A stretch of DNA of 64,000 bases from Octopus vulgaris (lineage: Eukaryota), in the NCBI GenBank assembly GCA_951406725.2, contig OX597838.1, positions 32,426,001-32,490,000 on the forward strand. The letters run 5' to 3'. The notes below the pieces were generated by a model that did no database searches, was not told the DNA's origin, and saw only the letters and a program-made list of their open reading frames with translations. Below are positions 12,226-25,403 of this stretch, one piece after another; the first letter of the stretch is position 1; the number at the start of each line of letters is the position of its first letter. The position numbers and the translations under genes were made by a program.

Positions 12226-13425
12226 CATACACACACATACATATATATACACATATATGTGACAGGTTTCTTGCAGTTTCCGTCTACTAAATCCACTCAC
12301 AAGGCTTTGGTTGGTCCGAGGCTTTAGTAGAAGACACTTGCCCAAGGTGCCACTCAGTGAGACTGAAACTGTAACCATGTGGTTCGTAAACAAGCTACTT
12401 ACCACACAGCAACTCCTATGCCTATAAAAATACTGTAAGTTTTTTTTTTTTATATACACATTGAAAGGCTATAAAGGTCCAATTGAATAAATTAGGAATC
12501 TGAGGAGTCAACAGGAGCCAAAAATGGTTGAGAATCACTGCTCAACATGAAAGGGCTTAACAAATTTAAATCATGGAATTATAGCAATATACTCATAAAA
12601 CATTCATCAAGGGCATGACTGTGCGGTAAGAAGCTTGCTTCCCAACCACATGGTTCTGCGTTCAGTCCCACTGCATGGCACCTTGGGCAAGTGCCTTCTA
12701 CTATAGCCTCGGCTGATCAAAGCCTTGTGAGTGGATTTGGCAGATGGAAAGTGAAAGAAGCCTGTCATATTCTTTTATTCTTTCAGTCATTTACTGTGGC
12801 TATGCTGAAGCATCGCCTTTAGTTGAACAAATCGACCCCAGGACTTATTCTTTGTAAGCCTAGTATTTATTCTATTGGCTTTTTTGCTGAACTGCTAAGT
12901 TACGGGGACATAAACACACCAACATTGGTTGTCAAGCGATGGTGAGAGGACAAACACAGACACAAACATATACACACATACACATGTATATACATACATA
13001 TATATACGATGGGCTTCTTTCAGTTTCCGTCAACCAAATCCACTCACAAGACTTTGGTCGGCCCAAGGCTATAGTAGAAGACACTTACCCAAGGTGCCAT
13101 GCAGTGGGATTGAACCTGGAATCATGTTAGTAAGCAAGCTACTTACCATACAGCCATGTATGTATATATATCTGTGTGTGTCTGTATTTGTCCCACCCCC
13201 TCACCATTTGACAACCAGTATTGGTATGTTTATGTCCATGTGATCTAGCAGTTCAGCAAAAGATACCTATTTTTTTACTACCCACTATGTTTAGCCCCTT
13301 GTGGGCAATAAAGAAATAAGAATAAGTACTAGGCTTACAAAGAATAAGTCCTGGGGTCGATTTGCTCGACTAAAGGCGGTGCTCCAGCATGGCCACAGTC
13401 AAATGACTGAAACAAGTAAAAGAGT

Positions 13426-13640
13426 ATTTATGTGTCTATCCCATCTACCCTGGTATCTCTTCTTCATGGTTCTTGGTTTCGGATGAACTCTTAATCCTTG
13501 CTCTTTGCTCAATTCACTAAGCTTTCCCGGAAAATGATTAAAGTAATTATAGAAAGGGTGGACCTTTGTGTTTGTACTAAAATTGAGGCTATTTAAATTA
13601 GAGATCATGCTCTCTGTTAATTCAGAAATATAGTTTGCTT
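13426..13640 (-). mobile_element. Degenerate DNA transposase C-terminal fragment, Chapaev3-like (CMC superfamily)
   Basis: NYISELTESMISNLNSLNFSTNTKVHPFYNYFNHFPGKLSELSKEQGLRVHPKPRTMKKRYQGRWD aligns by eye to the recalled motif KVHFLHSHLDxFPxNLGxVSEEQGERFHQDIxxMExRYQGRWD; truncated by a SINE A tail. Confidence 0.6.
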
Positions 13641-14348
13641 CATTCTGTTGTGTCTGGGGAGAGTCATTTTCTTTTTGTGCCTTATAATGTAACACATTCA
13701 CCGGTAAAATTTCCACTTTTTTCTTATTTTTATTTTCCTAATATTTTCGTTGCGTCTTGCAACCTTTTCAATAGTTTTGACTCTCTCCGTTATTTACACT
13801 GCGTTCCCTTTTGTTTGTTTGTGCGCATGTGTGTGGGTCAGCGTGTGTGTGTGTGTGTGTCTATACATGCATGCATGTACGTATGTATGTGTGTGTTTTT
13901 GCATGTGTATGTATGTATATATATATGTGTGTGTGTATGCATATGTATATATGTATGTATGTGTGTGCATCTGTATGTACGTATCCTGTATATTTATGTA
14001 CTTGCCTGTCCGTGTTTGTGTATTTTCTATGTATGTGTGTGTGAGCATGTGTTTGTCTATGTATGCACTTTTGTCTCCTTGTGTGTGCATGTCTGTGTGT
14101 GTGTGTTATGCAACTATGTACCGTGTTTGTATGTATGGATGAGCATCTTTATATGTGTGGATCCGAGTCTCCATATGTGTCTGTTCATATAGTCTATATA
14201 CCTATCTGTCTGTATATTGATCTGGATATTGCTTCATGTTTGCCAAAAACGTTTTTAACGACAAACAAAGACCTCATATAGTGAATCTAAGAATTACGGA
14301 CCTTTTTTCAAGCACCCTTAACTGGGAACCATAAAATATCCCTACTTT

Positions 14349-15046
14349 GACTCCTTAGCATTCAAACTACATGGTTAATGTTATGCTTATTTATTCATAT
14401 TGTTTTTGAATTAATCCTGCATTATCTCATAGCTTTGAGATTTTGATGACGTGATTGTTTATTTTTAAAATGACATTGTAGAGAAGGTGTGAGAAGTCAG
14501 CTGTGGTCAGTTTGAACATAAAACAAATAGAATGTTTGGTTGTGGCTGGTTTAAATGGGTATGGTTTGATTATTGCTGGGGCTTTTTAACCCTTTAGTAT
14601 TCAGATCACTCACTCAAATGTATTACTTATTTATTCATATTGTTTTCAATTAATCCTGTATTATCTCTCAGCTTTGAGATTTCAAGGTGGTGATTGTTTA
14701 TTTTAAGAATGACATTGTTTGGTCGATGTGAGAGGCTGGATTGGACCAATTTGAACATAAAACAGGTAGAACATCTGGGTTGGATATGGCTGGTTTAAAT
14801 GCTAATGGATTTGAGTAATCAATGCTTAAATCTTTAAATTGGTCAAATCTGGCTCAAATATTGCATGTTTTACATTCAAACTGGCCGTATCTAACTTCTC
14901 ACTCCTAACCAATTCTAACGCTCTAAAAATAAGCAATCACATCATCGAAATCTCAAAGCCACTTGGTAATGCATGATTAATTGAAAAACAATGTGAATAA
15001 AAAAAGAATTACATTTGACAGAATAATCTGAACCTTAAAGGGTTAA
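14349..15046. mobile_element. MITE family F cluster (three copies, last one inverted)
   Basis: ttaaccctttag(t/c)attcag starts and taaagggttaa end; shared ~220-bp body. Confidence 0.75.
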
Positions 15047-15103
15047 ATGAGATGGTGGATTGGCAGATTTGTTAGTGTTGTATGAAATGCCTTATAGTAT
15101 CTG

Positions 15104-15669
15104 TTGGGTTGTCCAGAAAGTTCGTGCCGATTTTTAAAGGAAAGAAAAAGGTCAATAAATACTTGCCATTACATTTTTAATCAATCAAATATGAACCATT
15201 TTGTTGCACGATGCGTCTCCATCTTTCCTTTAACTTGAAAATACCCTCTTCCCAGAATTGGGTTGGGTTCATGGCAAAGAATTCATCAAGGTATCTATTT
15301 ACGTCATTCAAGGAATTGAAATTTTTACCATTAAGACTATTCTGCAGAGACCTGAATAAGTGGAAATCCGAAGGAGCAATATCTGGTGAATATGGAGGGT
15401 GGGGTAACACATCCCAGCCGAGCTGCAGCAATTTTTGTCTGGCTCCCAAAGCATCAAGTCCCAAAAATGAACTTTCTTATCTTCCATTTTAAAGGGTTAC
15501 AGAATTAACATAGGTTATAGGAACATAAACCTTCTTCCATGAAAAGATAGTTTAAACTGTGCTCTAAATGGAAGTGTAGTCAAATCCTATTTTATGGACT
15601 CAACCATGTTCTAAAATAAGTTGAAAGGTAAGCTACTATAAATTGGCACGAACTTTCCGGACAACCCAA
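15104..15669 (-). mobile_element. Internally deleted mariner (DD34D) element with both TIRs
   Basis: TIRs ttgggttgtccagaaagttcgtgccgattt and aaattggcacgaactttccggacaacccaa followed by TA. ORF 15177-15464 encodes LGWDVLPHPPYSPDIAPSDFHLFRSLQN...GSY (mariner YSPDLAP motif). Confidence 0.92.
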
Positions 15670-15853
15670 TAATTATGGTCCTTAATGTTCTGAGTTGAAA
15701 TCCCACCATAATCAGCTTTTTCTTTCATCATTCTGGGATGCGATAAAATTAAATAACAATTCTAGTAGAAGGAATACTTTTAATCAACTGATATTGATGT
15801 CTCTCCCAAGCTTCTGGGAATCCTAAACGAATTCTCTTAATTTGATTTGCACA

Positions 15854-16757
15854 TTAACTCTTTAGCATTCAGATTATTCTGCCAAATGAAATGCTTATTT
15901 ATTCACATTGTTTTGAATTAATCATGTGTTTTCTCACAGCTTTGAGATTTCAATGATGTGATTATTTTCAGAATGATATTGCAAGGTAGGTGTGAGAAGT
16001 TAGATCTGGCCAGTTTGAACATAAAGCTGGTAGGATATCTGGGCCAGACATGGCTGGTTTAAACCTTTAGTATTCAGATTATTCTATCAAATGTAATAAT
16101 AAATAAATGCACCTTTTTAAAGCCTAGCCAGGCTCATGGGCCCGGTTTCCCAGTTTCAATGGCGTATGTGTTCCCCATCTGGACGGGATGCCAGTCCATC
16201 ACAGCGTTACTCATTTTTGCCAGCTGAGTGAACTGGAGCAATGTGAAATAAAGTGTCTTGCTCAAGGACACAACACACCGCTGGGAATTGAACTCACGAC
16301 TTTACAATCATGAGCCGAATGCCCCTAACAACTAAGCCACGTGCCATCACAATTACATTCTGTCAAATGAAATGCTTATTTATTCACATTGTTTTGAATT
16401 AATCATGTGTTATCTCACAGCTTTGAGATTTCATTGATGTGATTATTTTCAGAATGATATTGCAAGGTAGGTGTGAGAAGTTTGATCTGGCCAGTTTGAA
16501 CATAAAGCTGGTAGGATATCTGGGCCAGACATGGCTGGTTTAACCCTTTAGCATTCAGATTATTCTCTCAAAAGCAATGCTTATTTATTCACATTGCTTT
16601 GAATAAATCCTGCATTATTTGGTAGCTTTGAGATTTTGATGTTGCGATTGTTTATTTTTAGAATGACATTGTAGGGTAGGTGTGAGAGGCTGCATCTGGC
16701 CTGTTTGAACATATAACATGTAGAATACTAAATGTGGCTGGTTTAAAGGCTAAAGGA
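15854..16757. mobile_element. MITE family F head-to-tail array (3 copies) with SINE E variant inserted at ~16105-16350
   Basis: Junctions ggctggtTTAA(a/c)cctttag at ~16059 and ~16540. Confidence 0.8.
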
Positions 16758-16983
16758 ATGAACTCTGCTTGGTTTTCTCAGCAAAAAATTTGCTGTTTAT
16801 TTAGCATGAATTTTCATCTACTTATTTTTTCCAGGAAAACTCTGACATCATAGCAGAAACCTAAGTTGTTGTTTTTGAGGGGAAAGGCTGAAAATCTTTG
16901 TTTCTGTATTAATAACACATAAACTTGGTCCCAATATAAAGTAAGTTTATTCATACTGGAGACCATCAATTTAGACAATATCT

Positions 16984-17858
16984 TTAACCCTTTAGCATTT
17001 AAATTGACTGTATCCCATCCAAATATTCTTCCTGTTTTATTTTCAGACCAGCCAGATCCAGCCTCTCACAACTATCCGACAATATCGTTTTTTATATAAA
17101 TAATCACATCATTGAAATCCCAAAGCTACAAGATAATCTATGGTTAATTCAAAACAATGTGAATTAATAAGCATTACATTTGACAGTAATCTGAATGCCA
17201 GATTGTTAAACCAGCCATATCTGGCCCAAATAATCTACCCGTCTTATATTGAAACCAACCAGATCCTGTCTCCCACACCTACCCTACAATGTCACTCTAA
17301 CAATGAAGTTATGTCATTGAAATCTCAAAGCTACAAGATAATCCATGATTAATACAAAACAGTGTAAATAAATAAGAATTACTTTTGACAGAAAATCTGA
17401 ATGCTAAAGGGTTAACCCTTTCATTACCATATTTACTTTGAGATGCTCTGTGTTTCTTTCAATTACTTTAAATATAACAAAGTATTTAGTAAAATAACTT
17501 AGTTATCATTCAGCTAGTGTTAGGAACATAAATTGTGATTAAAGTTTAGCGGAAGATTTTAATTGAAAACTTATGAAAACAAGACACTTGTATTCAGAAC
17601 CAGAGCCGGTTTCAGCCGGGTTGTTAATGAAAGGGTTAATCCAGCCGTGTTTGGCCCAAATATTCTACCTATTTTACGTACAAACTAGCCAAATCTGGCC
17701 TCTCACACCTACCCTACAATGTCATTCTAAAGATAAACAATCACATCATTGAAATTTCAAAGGTATGAGATAATGCATGATTAATACGAAAAACAATGTG
17801 ACTAGATAAGCATTACATTTGATAAAGTAACCGAATGCAAGTGGGTTAAGTGGGTTAA
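16984..17858. mobile_element. MITE family F array (3 copies, opposite orientation) containing a MITE family G copy at 17412-17639
   Basis: All junctions are TTAA; G has TTAA-ccctttcattac...taatgaaaggg-TTAA termini. Confidence 0.8.
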
Positions 17859-18039
17859 ATCCTTGATGGAGTCTCTCAGTTCAAGGAGTTTGAAAGCATT
17901 GTGCACTTGATAAAGTTCTTTGGAAGTCACTACACTTTTGCACACTTCTGTGTTTCATTTTACATCATCACATAAGGGTTCTAGCCGGTGCTTACTCATA
18001 ATCTCCTTTGAATGTGGAACAAGTCCTCTATTCATTCCT

Positions 18040-18300
18040 TCATTGTTCGACTGTGGTCGAGACAATGGAATTTACTATGTTATGCCAGACTTTACGGTCC
18101 ATCATAGCATTACGGAGGTCCTGCTGCTGGATGCCTGTATCCCTGGAGATTACATCAGGGCAGGAGAGTGTGCGCCCTCTGGTATCCCGAGCAGATGGCT
18201 TCCAGAGGAGAAGAGTAGAAATTACCTCGTTTTCAGCTCTACAACAATGTCCAGCAAACTGGACTCTCCTACCTATCACAAGAGATGATATGTATGTATG

Positions 18301-18343
<43 letters not shown>

Positions 18344-18830
18344 TCATCGTAATAATTGTTCGACCATAGTTGAGACAATGGAGTTTACTATGTTATGCCA
18401 GACTTCACGGTCCATCATAGCATTACGGAGGTCCTGTTGCTGGATGCATGAATCCCTGGAGATTATATCAGGGTAGGAGAGTGTGCGCCCTCTGGTATCG
18501 TGAGCAGATGGCTTCCAGAGGAGAAGAGTAGAAATTACCTCGTTTTCAGCTCTACAACAATGTCCAGCAAACTGGACTCTTCTACCTTTCACAAGAGATG
18601 ACACAGGTGGTAATTTCCCATATATTTGTGCTTTGGTTGGATGACGCTTCCACGAGATATTTTGAGCTCTCATAAGGAGGCGAGTGTAAGTTCCATCCAA
18701 CCGCCTCTCAAGCTTCTTTGATAACGTCCAGGTTTCTGAGCCATATAGTAGAATTGGTTCGACCTGTGGCTTCGAAGATTTTAAGTTTGAAATCTCTACT
18801 TAGATTTGATGACCAGATCTTATGCATATC
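18040..18830 (-). mobile_element. RTE-clade LINE 3' end, tandemly duplicated (18040-18289 and 18347-18830)
   Basis: EPILLYGSETWTLSKKLERRLDGTYTRLLMRAQNISWKRHPT...RRVQFAGHCCRA...AMMDREVW is a typical post-RT region of RTE elements; short gat tail. Third fragment at 35455-35615. Confidence 0.85.
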
Positions 18831-19068
18831 AAGTCTTCTAATTGATTTTGGTCATGAGATGTCCAATTGCTGTGATTATTCTCAGCTTGTAGAATCTCCA
18901 TCGATTAATAAAATGCACAGACATGGTCGTGCAGCTAAGACAGATGCTTCCTGACCATGTGGTCTTGGGTTCAGTCCTGCTATGTGGCACCTTGGGGCAG
19001 ATGCCCAAAGCCTTGTGAGTAGATTTGGCAGACAGAAACTAAAGGAAGCCCATCACACGCACACGTAC

Positions 19069-19106
<38 letters not shown>

Positions 19107-19207
19107 ATATATATATATAAATTCATGTGTGCATATGTATATGTGTGTGTTTATATATATATATATATATGCCTATGTACATGTCTGTGTATGTGTTTGT
19201 ATCTATA

Positions 19208-19273
<66 letters not shown>

Positions 19274-20009
19274 TACATGTATATATATATGTGTGTGTGT
19301 GTATGGCTGTATGTGTGTGTGTGTGTGTGCCCTTGTCTAAAGTCACATGCTGGTTGTGAATGAGCATCATCATCATCATACAAGTAATTTTGTTTGTTTC
19401 CAGTCTTCCCTGGAAAAGTATGTCTGGGCTGGCTATGGAGATATATAACCATGCTTGTAAACAATGTGAGGGTTGACAACATGAAGGGGTATCTCCTGGC
19501 ATGGAAAAAAAATCCGCTCTGAAAAACTCCTTCCGACCTATGCAAGCATGGAAAAGCGGAAATTAAATGATGATTGATATGAGAATGACTTTGGCTGAAA
19601 AGTCCTGCAGAACTGAGATGCAAACTGGAGCCCCTAATTTCAGAATTATCCTTCAAACAGAACTGGTAGGACAAAAGAGAAAATAATATGGTATGTTAGG
19701 AATCGGTAAGTCAATTATCTTTGCTGTAGGTTAGTAGAAAATATGTAATATAACCGAATGAACTGAAAATCAAATACACATAATGTGTTTTGTGGGTGGA
19801 CGGGTGGGTGGGTGTCACCCTGGTCGTAATTATGTTTCTGGGTTAACAATTGTGCCTTTTTGTAGCCTTTGCATAGAAAACACATTTTTGAAGTATTTGA
19901 TGAATATTTCCAATTGTTTGGGCATATGTGTATGCATGTATGTTCGTTCATACATATGTATGTGGATCTATGTATATACGTGTGTGTATATATTACTCTT
20001 TACTCTTTT

Positions 20010-20409
20010 TTACTCTTTTACTTGTTTCAGTCATTTGACTGCGGCCATGCTGGAGCACCGCCTTTAGTCGACCCCGGGACTTATTCTTTGTAAGCCCAGT
20101 ACTTATTTTATCGGTCTCTTTTGCCGAACCGCTAAGTGACGGGGACATAAACACACCAGCATCGGTTGTCAAGCAATGCTAGGGGGACAAACACAGACAC
20201 ACAAACATATACACACACAGTTATATATATATATATATATATACACATATATACGACAGGCTTCTTTCAGTTTCCGTCTACCAAATCCACAAGGCATTGG
20301 TCGGCCCGGGGCTATAGCAGAATCACTTGCCCAAGATGCCACGCAGTGGGACTGAACCCGGAACCATGTGGTTGGTTAGCAAGCTACTTACCACACAGCC
20401 ACTCCTGCG

Positions 20410-20411
<2 letters not shown>
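20010..20411 (-). mobile_element. SINE family A copy
   Basis: Matches consensus. Confidence 0.9.
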
Positions 20412-20463
<52 letters not shown>

Positions 20464-20654
20464 TATATATAATGGCTTGGTGATGCAAGCAGGAAGAAAT
20501 TAAACTCTAAGCATAAGTGTATATAGTTTTATCATTATGACCTCAAGTGCCAAACTAATGCATGAAATTCTTGTCCCTTGAGTCACTCTGTTGCTTCTGC
20601 TAAATACTAATACATGTATGTATGTATACACACACACACAGATATATATCTCCC

Positions 20655-20898
20655 TCTAGCGTCTGACCACTGCCTGAAGTCAGGACGCCATGATAGATCG
20701 TTAGCTCCTACACGCATTTTATTCTCTCCTTGTTTCTCTCCTTGTTTTTTTCTGTGTATCTTTCTGTCGAAGAGCGTAGGCTCGAAACGTAAAAGACTTG
20801 TTCTATTTCTATTCCTGAGCGCCATACTAATACATTTGTATGTTTGTACTTCACCTGCCTTCGTCTTTTTTTTTTATTTTCGTAAACCTTCCCGTTAT
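20655..20898 (+). mobile_element. Penelope-like terminal fragment with minimal hammerhead-like motif
   Basis: CTGTCGAA-GAGC-gtag-GCTC-GAAACGT at 20764-20790. Confidence 0.55.
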
Positions 20899-20914
20899 AT
20901 ATTTATATATATAT

Positions 20915-21220
20915 GTGGAGGCCCAGTGGTTAGGGCAGCGGACTCGCGGTTGTAGGATGGCAGTTTCGATTCCCAGACCGGGCGTTGTGAGTGTTTATTG
21001 AGCGAAAACACCTAAAGCTCCACGAGGCTCTGGCAGGGGTTGGTGGCGATCCCTGCTGTACTCTTTCGCCACAACTTGTCTCTCACTCTTTCTTCTGTTG
21101 GCTTGCTCGCTTAGCCAGCGGGGTGGCGTCATTTGAAGGCTAAAACAATGCAAAGTGCATTGTGACCAGCGATGTGTAGCAACATCTGATAGCCCAGTAG
21201 GTCATGGTGATCACGGTGAT
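20915..21220 (+). mobile_element. SINE family D copy
   Basis: Matches 5058-5360. Confidence 0.85.
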
Positions 21221-21452
21221 ATATATATATATATATCTTATGTTTTACTTGTTTCAGTCATTAGACTGTAGCCATACTGGGGCATCACCTTAGAAAGTTT
21301 TAGTCAAAGGAATTGACCCTAGTACTTTTTTTTATAAGCCTAGTACTTATTCTATTGGTCTTGCTCTTGCTGAACTGCTAAGTTACGGGGATGTAAACAC
21401 TCCAACACTGGTTGTCAAGTGGGGGTGGGGCACAAACACAAATACACACATA

Positions 21453-21600
21453 TCTTTAATAATAAGCGTGAAATTCTGTCTGTCCGTCCGGGACCCTTGT
21501 GTCTCAGTCTACATTTGCTCTACATAGACGTATTATACCATTTTGGATCCTGAGAATGAAAATCTGCCCTTCATTTGGTCCTTGAACATCCAGCATTGTA
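21453..21600 (+). mobile_element. Helitron-like 5' end
   Basis: A|TC start (tctttaataataagcgtgaaattctgtctgtccgtcc), typical of non-autonomous Helitron 5' termini; 3' end not seen. Confidence 0.45.
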
Positions 21601-21611
21601 TTTATATATAT

Positions 21612-21842
21612 ATTTCTTTACTACCCACAAGGGGCTAAACACAGAGGGGACAAACAAGGACAGACAAAGGGATTAGGTTGATTACATCGACCCCAGTGCG
21701 AAACTGGTACTTTATTTATCGACTCCGAAAGGATGAAAGGCAAAGTTGACCTCGGCGGAATTTGAACTCAGAACGTAACGACAGACGAAATACCGCTAAG
21801 CATTTCGCCCGGTGCGCTAACGTTTCTGCCAGCTCGCCTCCT
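21612..21842 (-). mobile_element. SINE family B copy
   Basis: Reverse complement of consensus. Confidence 0.85.
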
Positions 21843-22332
21843 TAAATGATGATACTGTATTTATATATATGATAGGAATTCTCTCAGTTCCCATCTACCA
21901 AATCCACTCATAAGGTTTTGGTTGCCCCAAAGCTTTAGTAGAAGGCACTTACCCAAGGTACCATGCTGCAGGACTGAACCTAGAACCCTGTGGTTGGGAA
22001 GCTTGAAAATTTGAGAGGTTTTTGTTGTATTCCGCTGTATCTCATAGATGTTCTGCTTCATGAATACCTGTCTGTGTGATGTTACAATGTAATAAAATCT
22101 CTTAATGAAAGAATTGTAGCGATAACGAATCCATTCATTTGTTCTTATTGTTATTTCACACCAAACTGCTGATCTCTTCAGCTTTGGACACTCTTGGAGT
22201 TGCAGACTACCAAGCACCATTGAATGGCCTACCTGTAGGATTTGTGTTTTACTGTGTAGCCATTAATATTGTGTGCTTCACTTTGATATGCCCTGATCTC
22301 GTCTGACCCTCTTTAATTAGCACACACACATA

Positions 22333-22742
22333 TACGAGGTTTGATCAATAAGTATCTGGACTGTTGCCATAGTGATGAAGCTAAATCATGCAGAGTGAAG
22401 CCGCTTGGCACAGGCTGACCTTGAACTTTGTTGTCTATGTACACTAAGTTTTAAAGTTCTAGCTCACTTCTGCTGTTTATAGCAGTGCTTTGAAGGAAGG
22501 TGTGTAGCTGCCAAGCTTCTGTGAAAACTGCTTTCAGCTGATCAAAAAGACACTTGAGTTTCAGTTGCACAAGATCTATCTCCTTGATTGTGTTGAGAAC
22601 AATGAAAACATTTTGAAAACTTTGTGTAGGCCTCTGAGCAGGTATCGCCGAGCTTTTGGCAAAATTTGATGCAGATTCTCTGCTCTACTTCCTCTGTCCT
22701 GGTCAATGCAATGATCATACGCTACACACCTTCCTTCCAAGC
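22333..22742. mobile_element. Rearranged mariner relic (left TIR on +, transposase N-terminus on -)
   Basis: TA-cgaggtttgatcaataagtatctggact TIR-like start; minus strand 22685-22605 encodes EQRICIKFCQKLGDTCSEAYTKFSKCF. Confidence 0.7.
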
Positions 22743-22781
22743 ATGTATATATATTTGTATATGTGTGTGTGTGTATTTATG

Positions 22782-22820
<39 letters not shown>

Positions 22821-22823
<3 letters not shown>

Positions 22824-23228
22824 TGCAGGAGTGGCTGTGTGATAAGTAGCTTGCTAACCAACCACATGGTTCCGGGTTCAGTCCCACTGTGTGGCATCTT
22901 GGGCAAGTGTCTTCTGCTATAGCCCCGGGCCAACCAATGCCTTGTGAGTGGATTTGGTAGACGGAAACTGAAAGAAGCCTGTCGTATATATGTATATATA
23001 TGTATGTGTGTGTATGTGTTTGTGTGTCTGTGTTTGTCCCCCTAGCATTGCTTGACAACCTATGCTGGTGTGTTTACATCCCCATCGCTTAGCAGCTCAG
23101 CAAAAGAGACCGATAGAATAAGTACTGGGCTTAGAAAAGAATAAGTCTCGGGGTCAATTTGCTCGACTAAAGGCGGTGCTCCAGCATGGCTGCAGTCAAA
23201 TGACTGAAACAAGTAAAAGAGTAAAGAG
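22821..23228 (+). mobile_element. SINE family A copy
   Basis: Matches consensus. Confidence 0.9.
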
Positions 23229-23546
23229 TAAATATATATATACACATACACAATAGTGTGTATATATATCATCATCATCATCATCATTTAACATCCATCT
23301 TTTCATGCTCGCAATGGTTGGATTGTTTAATTAGAACAAATGAGCCAGAGATTTTACCAGGTTCTTTGTCTACTTTGGCATGGTTTCTAGAGCTGAATGC
23401 CCTTCCTAATGCTAACCACTTAGCAAAGTGTACTGGGTGCTTTTTATGTGGCACCAGCTCCAGTGAGGTCACAAATACCTGCAAGATAAGACACCCAAGT
23501 TGGGTATAGACTGGAGAAAAAAATACTGTGATAGAAGGAGATTACA

Positions 23547-23745
23547 GGTAAGTTCACCGCTATCAATTCAACATGAGGAAAGTTCACTGTGAGCTAAGTT
23601 CACCTTGAGGAAAATTTGCCGAGAAAATATTTCTATAGTATATCACAATTAATGCTTAAAAACATTTTCAACGAGAGAAAAAAAAAAGTGTAATTGATGA
23701 CCATGAACTTTTCCTGTGGTGAATTGATGAAGGTGAACTTACTGG
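23547..23745. mobile_element. Old MITE with ~40-bp imperfect TIRs and agttcac subterminal repeats
   Basis: gtaagttcaccgctatcaattca... versus ...tgaattgatgaaggtgaacttac. Confidence 0.55.
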
Positions 23746-23939
23746 ACATGGGTTTGCCCACCTTGTAAATGAGTGAGAAAGAGAGAAGAAAGAAAGATCA
23801 GGTTTAGGTACAACGTGAATATGAGACAAAATCAGAAGTGCACTGAGTGAAAATAGTTTGACAGATGATTAGCGATAAGGAATGAGCTGAACTCAGAGGA
23901 TATCAGTTCAGAGTAACAGGAAGTGAAGAAAATATATGT

Positions 23940-24235
23940 ATAGTGAGGTCGTTGCCAGTGCTGTTGGACTGGCTCCTGTGCAGGTGGCACGTAAAAATCA
24001 CCATTTGAGTGTGGCCGTTGTCAGTACCACCTGACTGGCCCTTGTGCCGGTGGCATGTAAAAGCACCCACTACACTCTCGGAGTGGTTGGTGTTAGGAAG
24101 GGCATCCAGCTGTAGAAACACTGCCAGATCAAGATTGGATCCTGGTGCAGCCATCTGGCTCACCAGTCCTCAATCAAATCATCCAACCCATGCTAGCATG
24201 GAAAGCGGACATTAAACGATGATGATGATGATGAT
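23940..24235 (+). mobile_element. SINE family C copy
   Basis: Matches consensus with gat tail. Confidence 0.8.
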
Positions 24236-24257
24236 ATATATCTATCTATCTATCTAT

Positions 24258-24449
24258 CCACTCAGTCGAAGTCGACTCTCGGTTACTCGTTGGATCAGTG
24301 TCCTCCAGTCAGTTCTATCCTGGGCCGCTTCTTTCAGATTGGCTATGTCCATGCTGGTATCACTCTTGATGGTGTCAAGCCAGCGGGTTCTTGGTCGGCC
24401 TCTCCCTCTCTTGCCACTGACCATTCCAAGCATGATGTCCTTCTCCAGG
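24258..24449 (-). mobile_element. RTE/BovB-like LINE extreme 3' end
   Basis: Minus strand LEKDIMLGMVSGKRGRGRPRTRWLDTIKSDTSMDIANLKEAAQDRTDWRTLIQRVTESRLRLSG* followed by (atag)n. Confidence 0.85.
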
Positions 24450-24959
24450 GATATATATATGATATATATATATAATAATAATAATAATATGAGGGAATAT
24501 TATTCCAAACTTACCGGGAAAGATTCAATTTAGAAATACTAAATCGAATTTCACGAAATATAATATATATATATATATAAATTAGAAAAAAACACCTTTT
24601 ATCAATTCAATAATAAAAAAATTAATTTATACCATTTAGAAAAATTACATCTTATAGAAAGATTAAATATAAGATAAAACATATACCAATGGTTAAGTAA
24701 TGATAACGACAATAGTGATAACTGCACAGGTAGCAACAATAGGAGAGACAGGGCCAGTTGCAAGTGTAGAGAAGATTGGGAATGTGCTTTAAATAAATCC
24801 TATTTAGAAAGGAACATAGGATATGAATGTGCAGTAGTAACCTGGAACAAAATTTATAAGCATATTGGATGCTGCACCACAACATTTAAGCTCAGATATT
24901 ACAACCACATCTCATCATTTAGGCATGAAAATGACGAAAAAAATTACATTTTTCTTTTA

Positions 24960-25355
24960 TTCTTTTGTTTGTTTCAGTCATTCGACTGCGGCCGTGCTGG
25001 AGCACTGCCTTTAGTCAAAGTAATCAACCCTAGGACTTATTCTTTGTAAGCATAGTACTTATTCTATCGGTCTGTTTTGCCAAACCACTAAGTTACGGGG
25101 ACATAAACACACCACCATCGGTTGTCATATGATGGTGGTGGACAAACACAGACACAAATACATACATATATGTATATATATATATATATATATATGACGC
25201 GCTTCTTTCAGTTTCCGTCTACCAAATTCACTCACAAGGCTTTGATCGGCCTGAGGCTATAGTAGAAAACACTTGCCCAAGGTGCCACGCAATAGGACTG
25301 AACCCGGAACCATGTGGTTGGGAAGAAAGCTTCTTACAACACAGCCACATCTGCG

Positions 25356-25358
<3 letters not shown>
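24960..25358 (-). mobile_element. SINE family A copy
   Basis: Matches consensus. Confidence 0.85.

Positions 25359-25403
<45 letters not shown>

Noticed and set aside
13635-14192. CVCV/YIYI/THTH ORFs here and throughout the window
   Set aside because: Dinucleotide microsatellite translations.
22068-22232. Possible minus-strand exon within ORF 21861-22220
   Set aside because: Poor polypyrimidine tract and no homology recognised.
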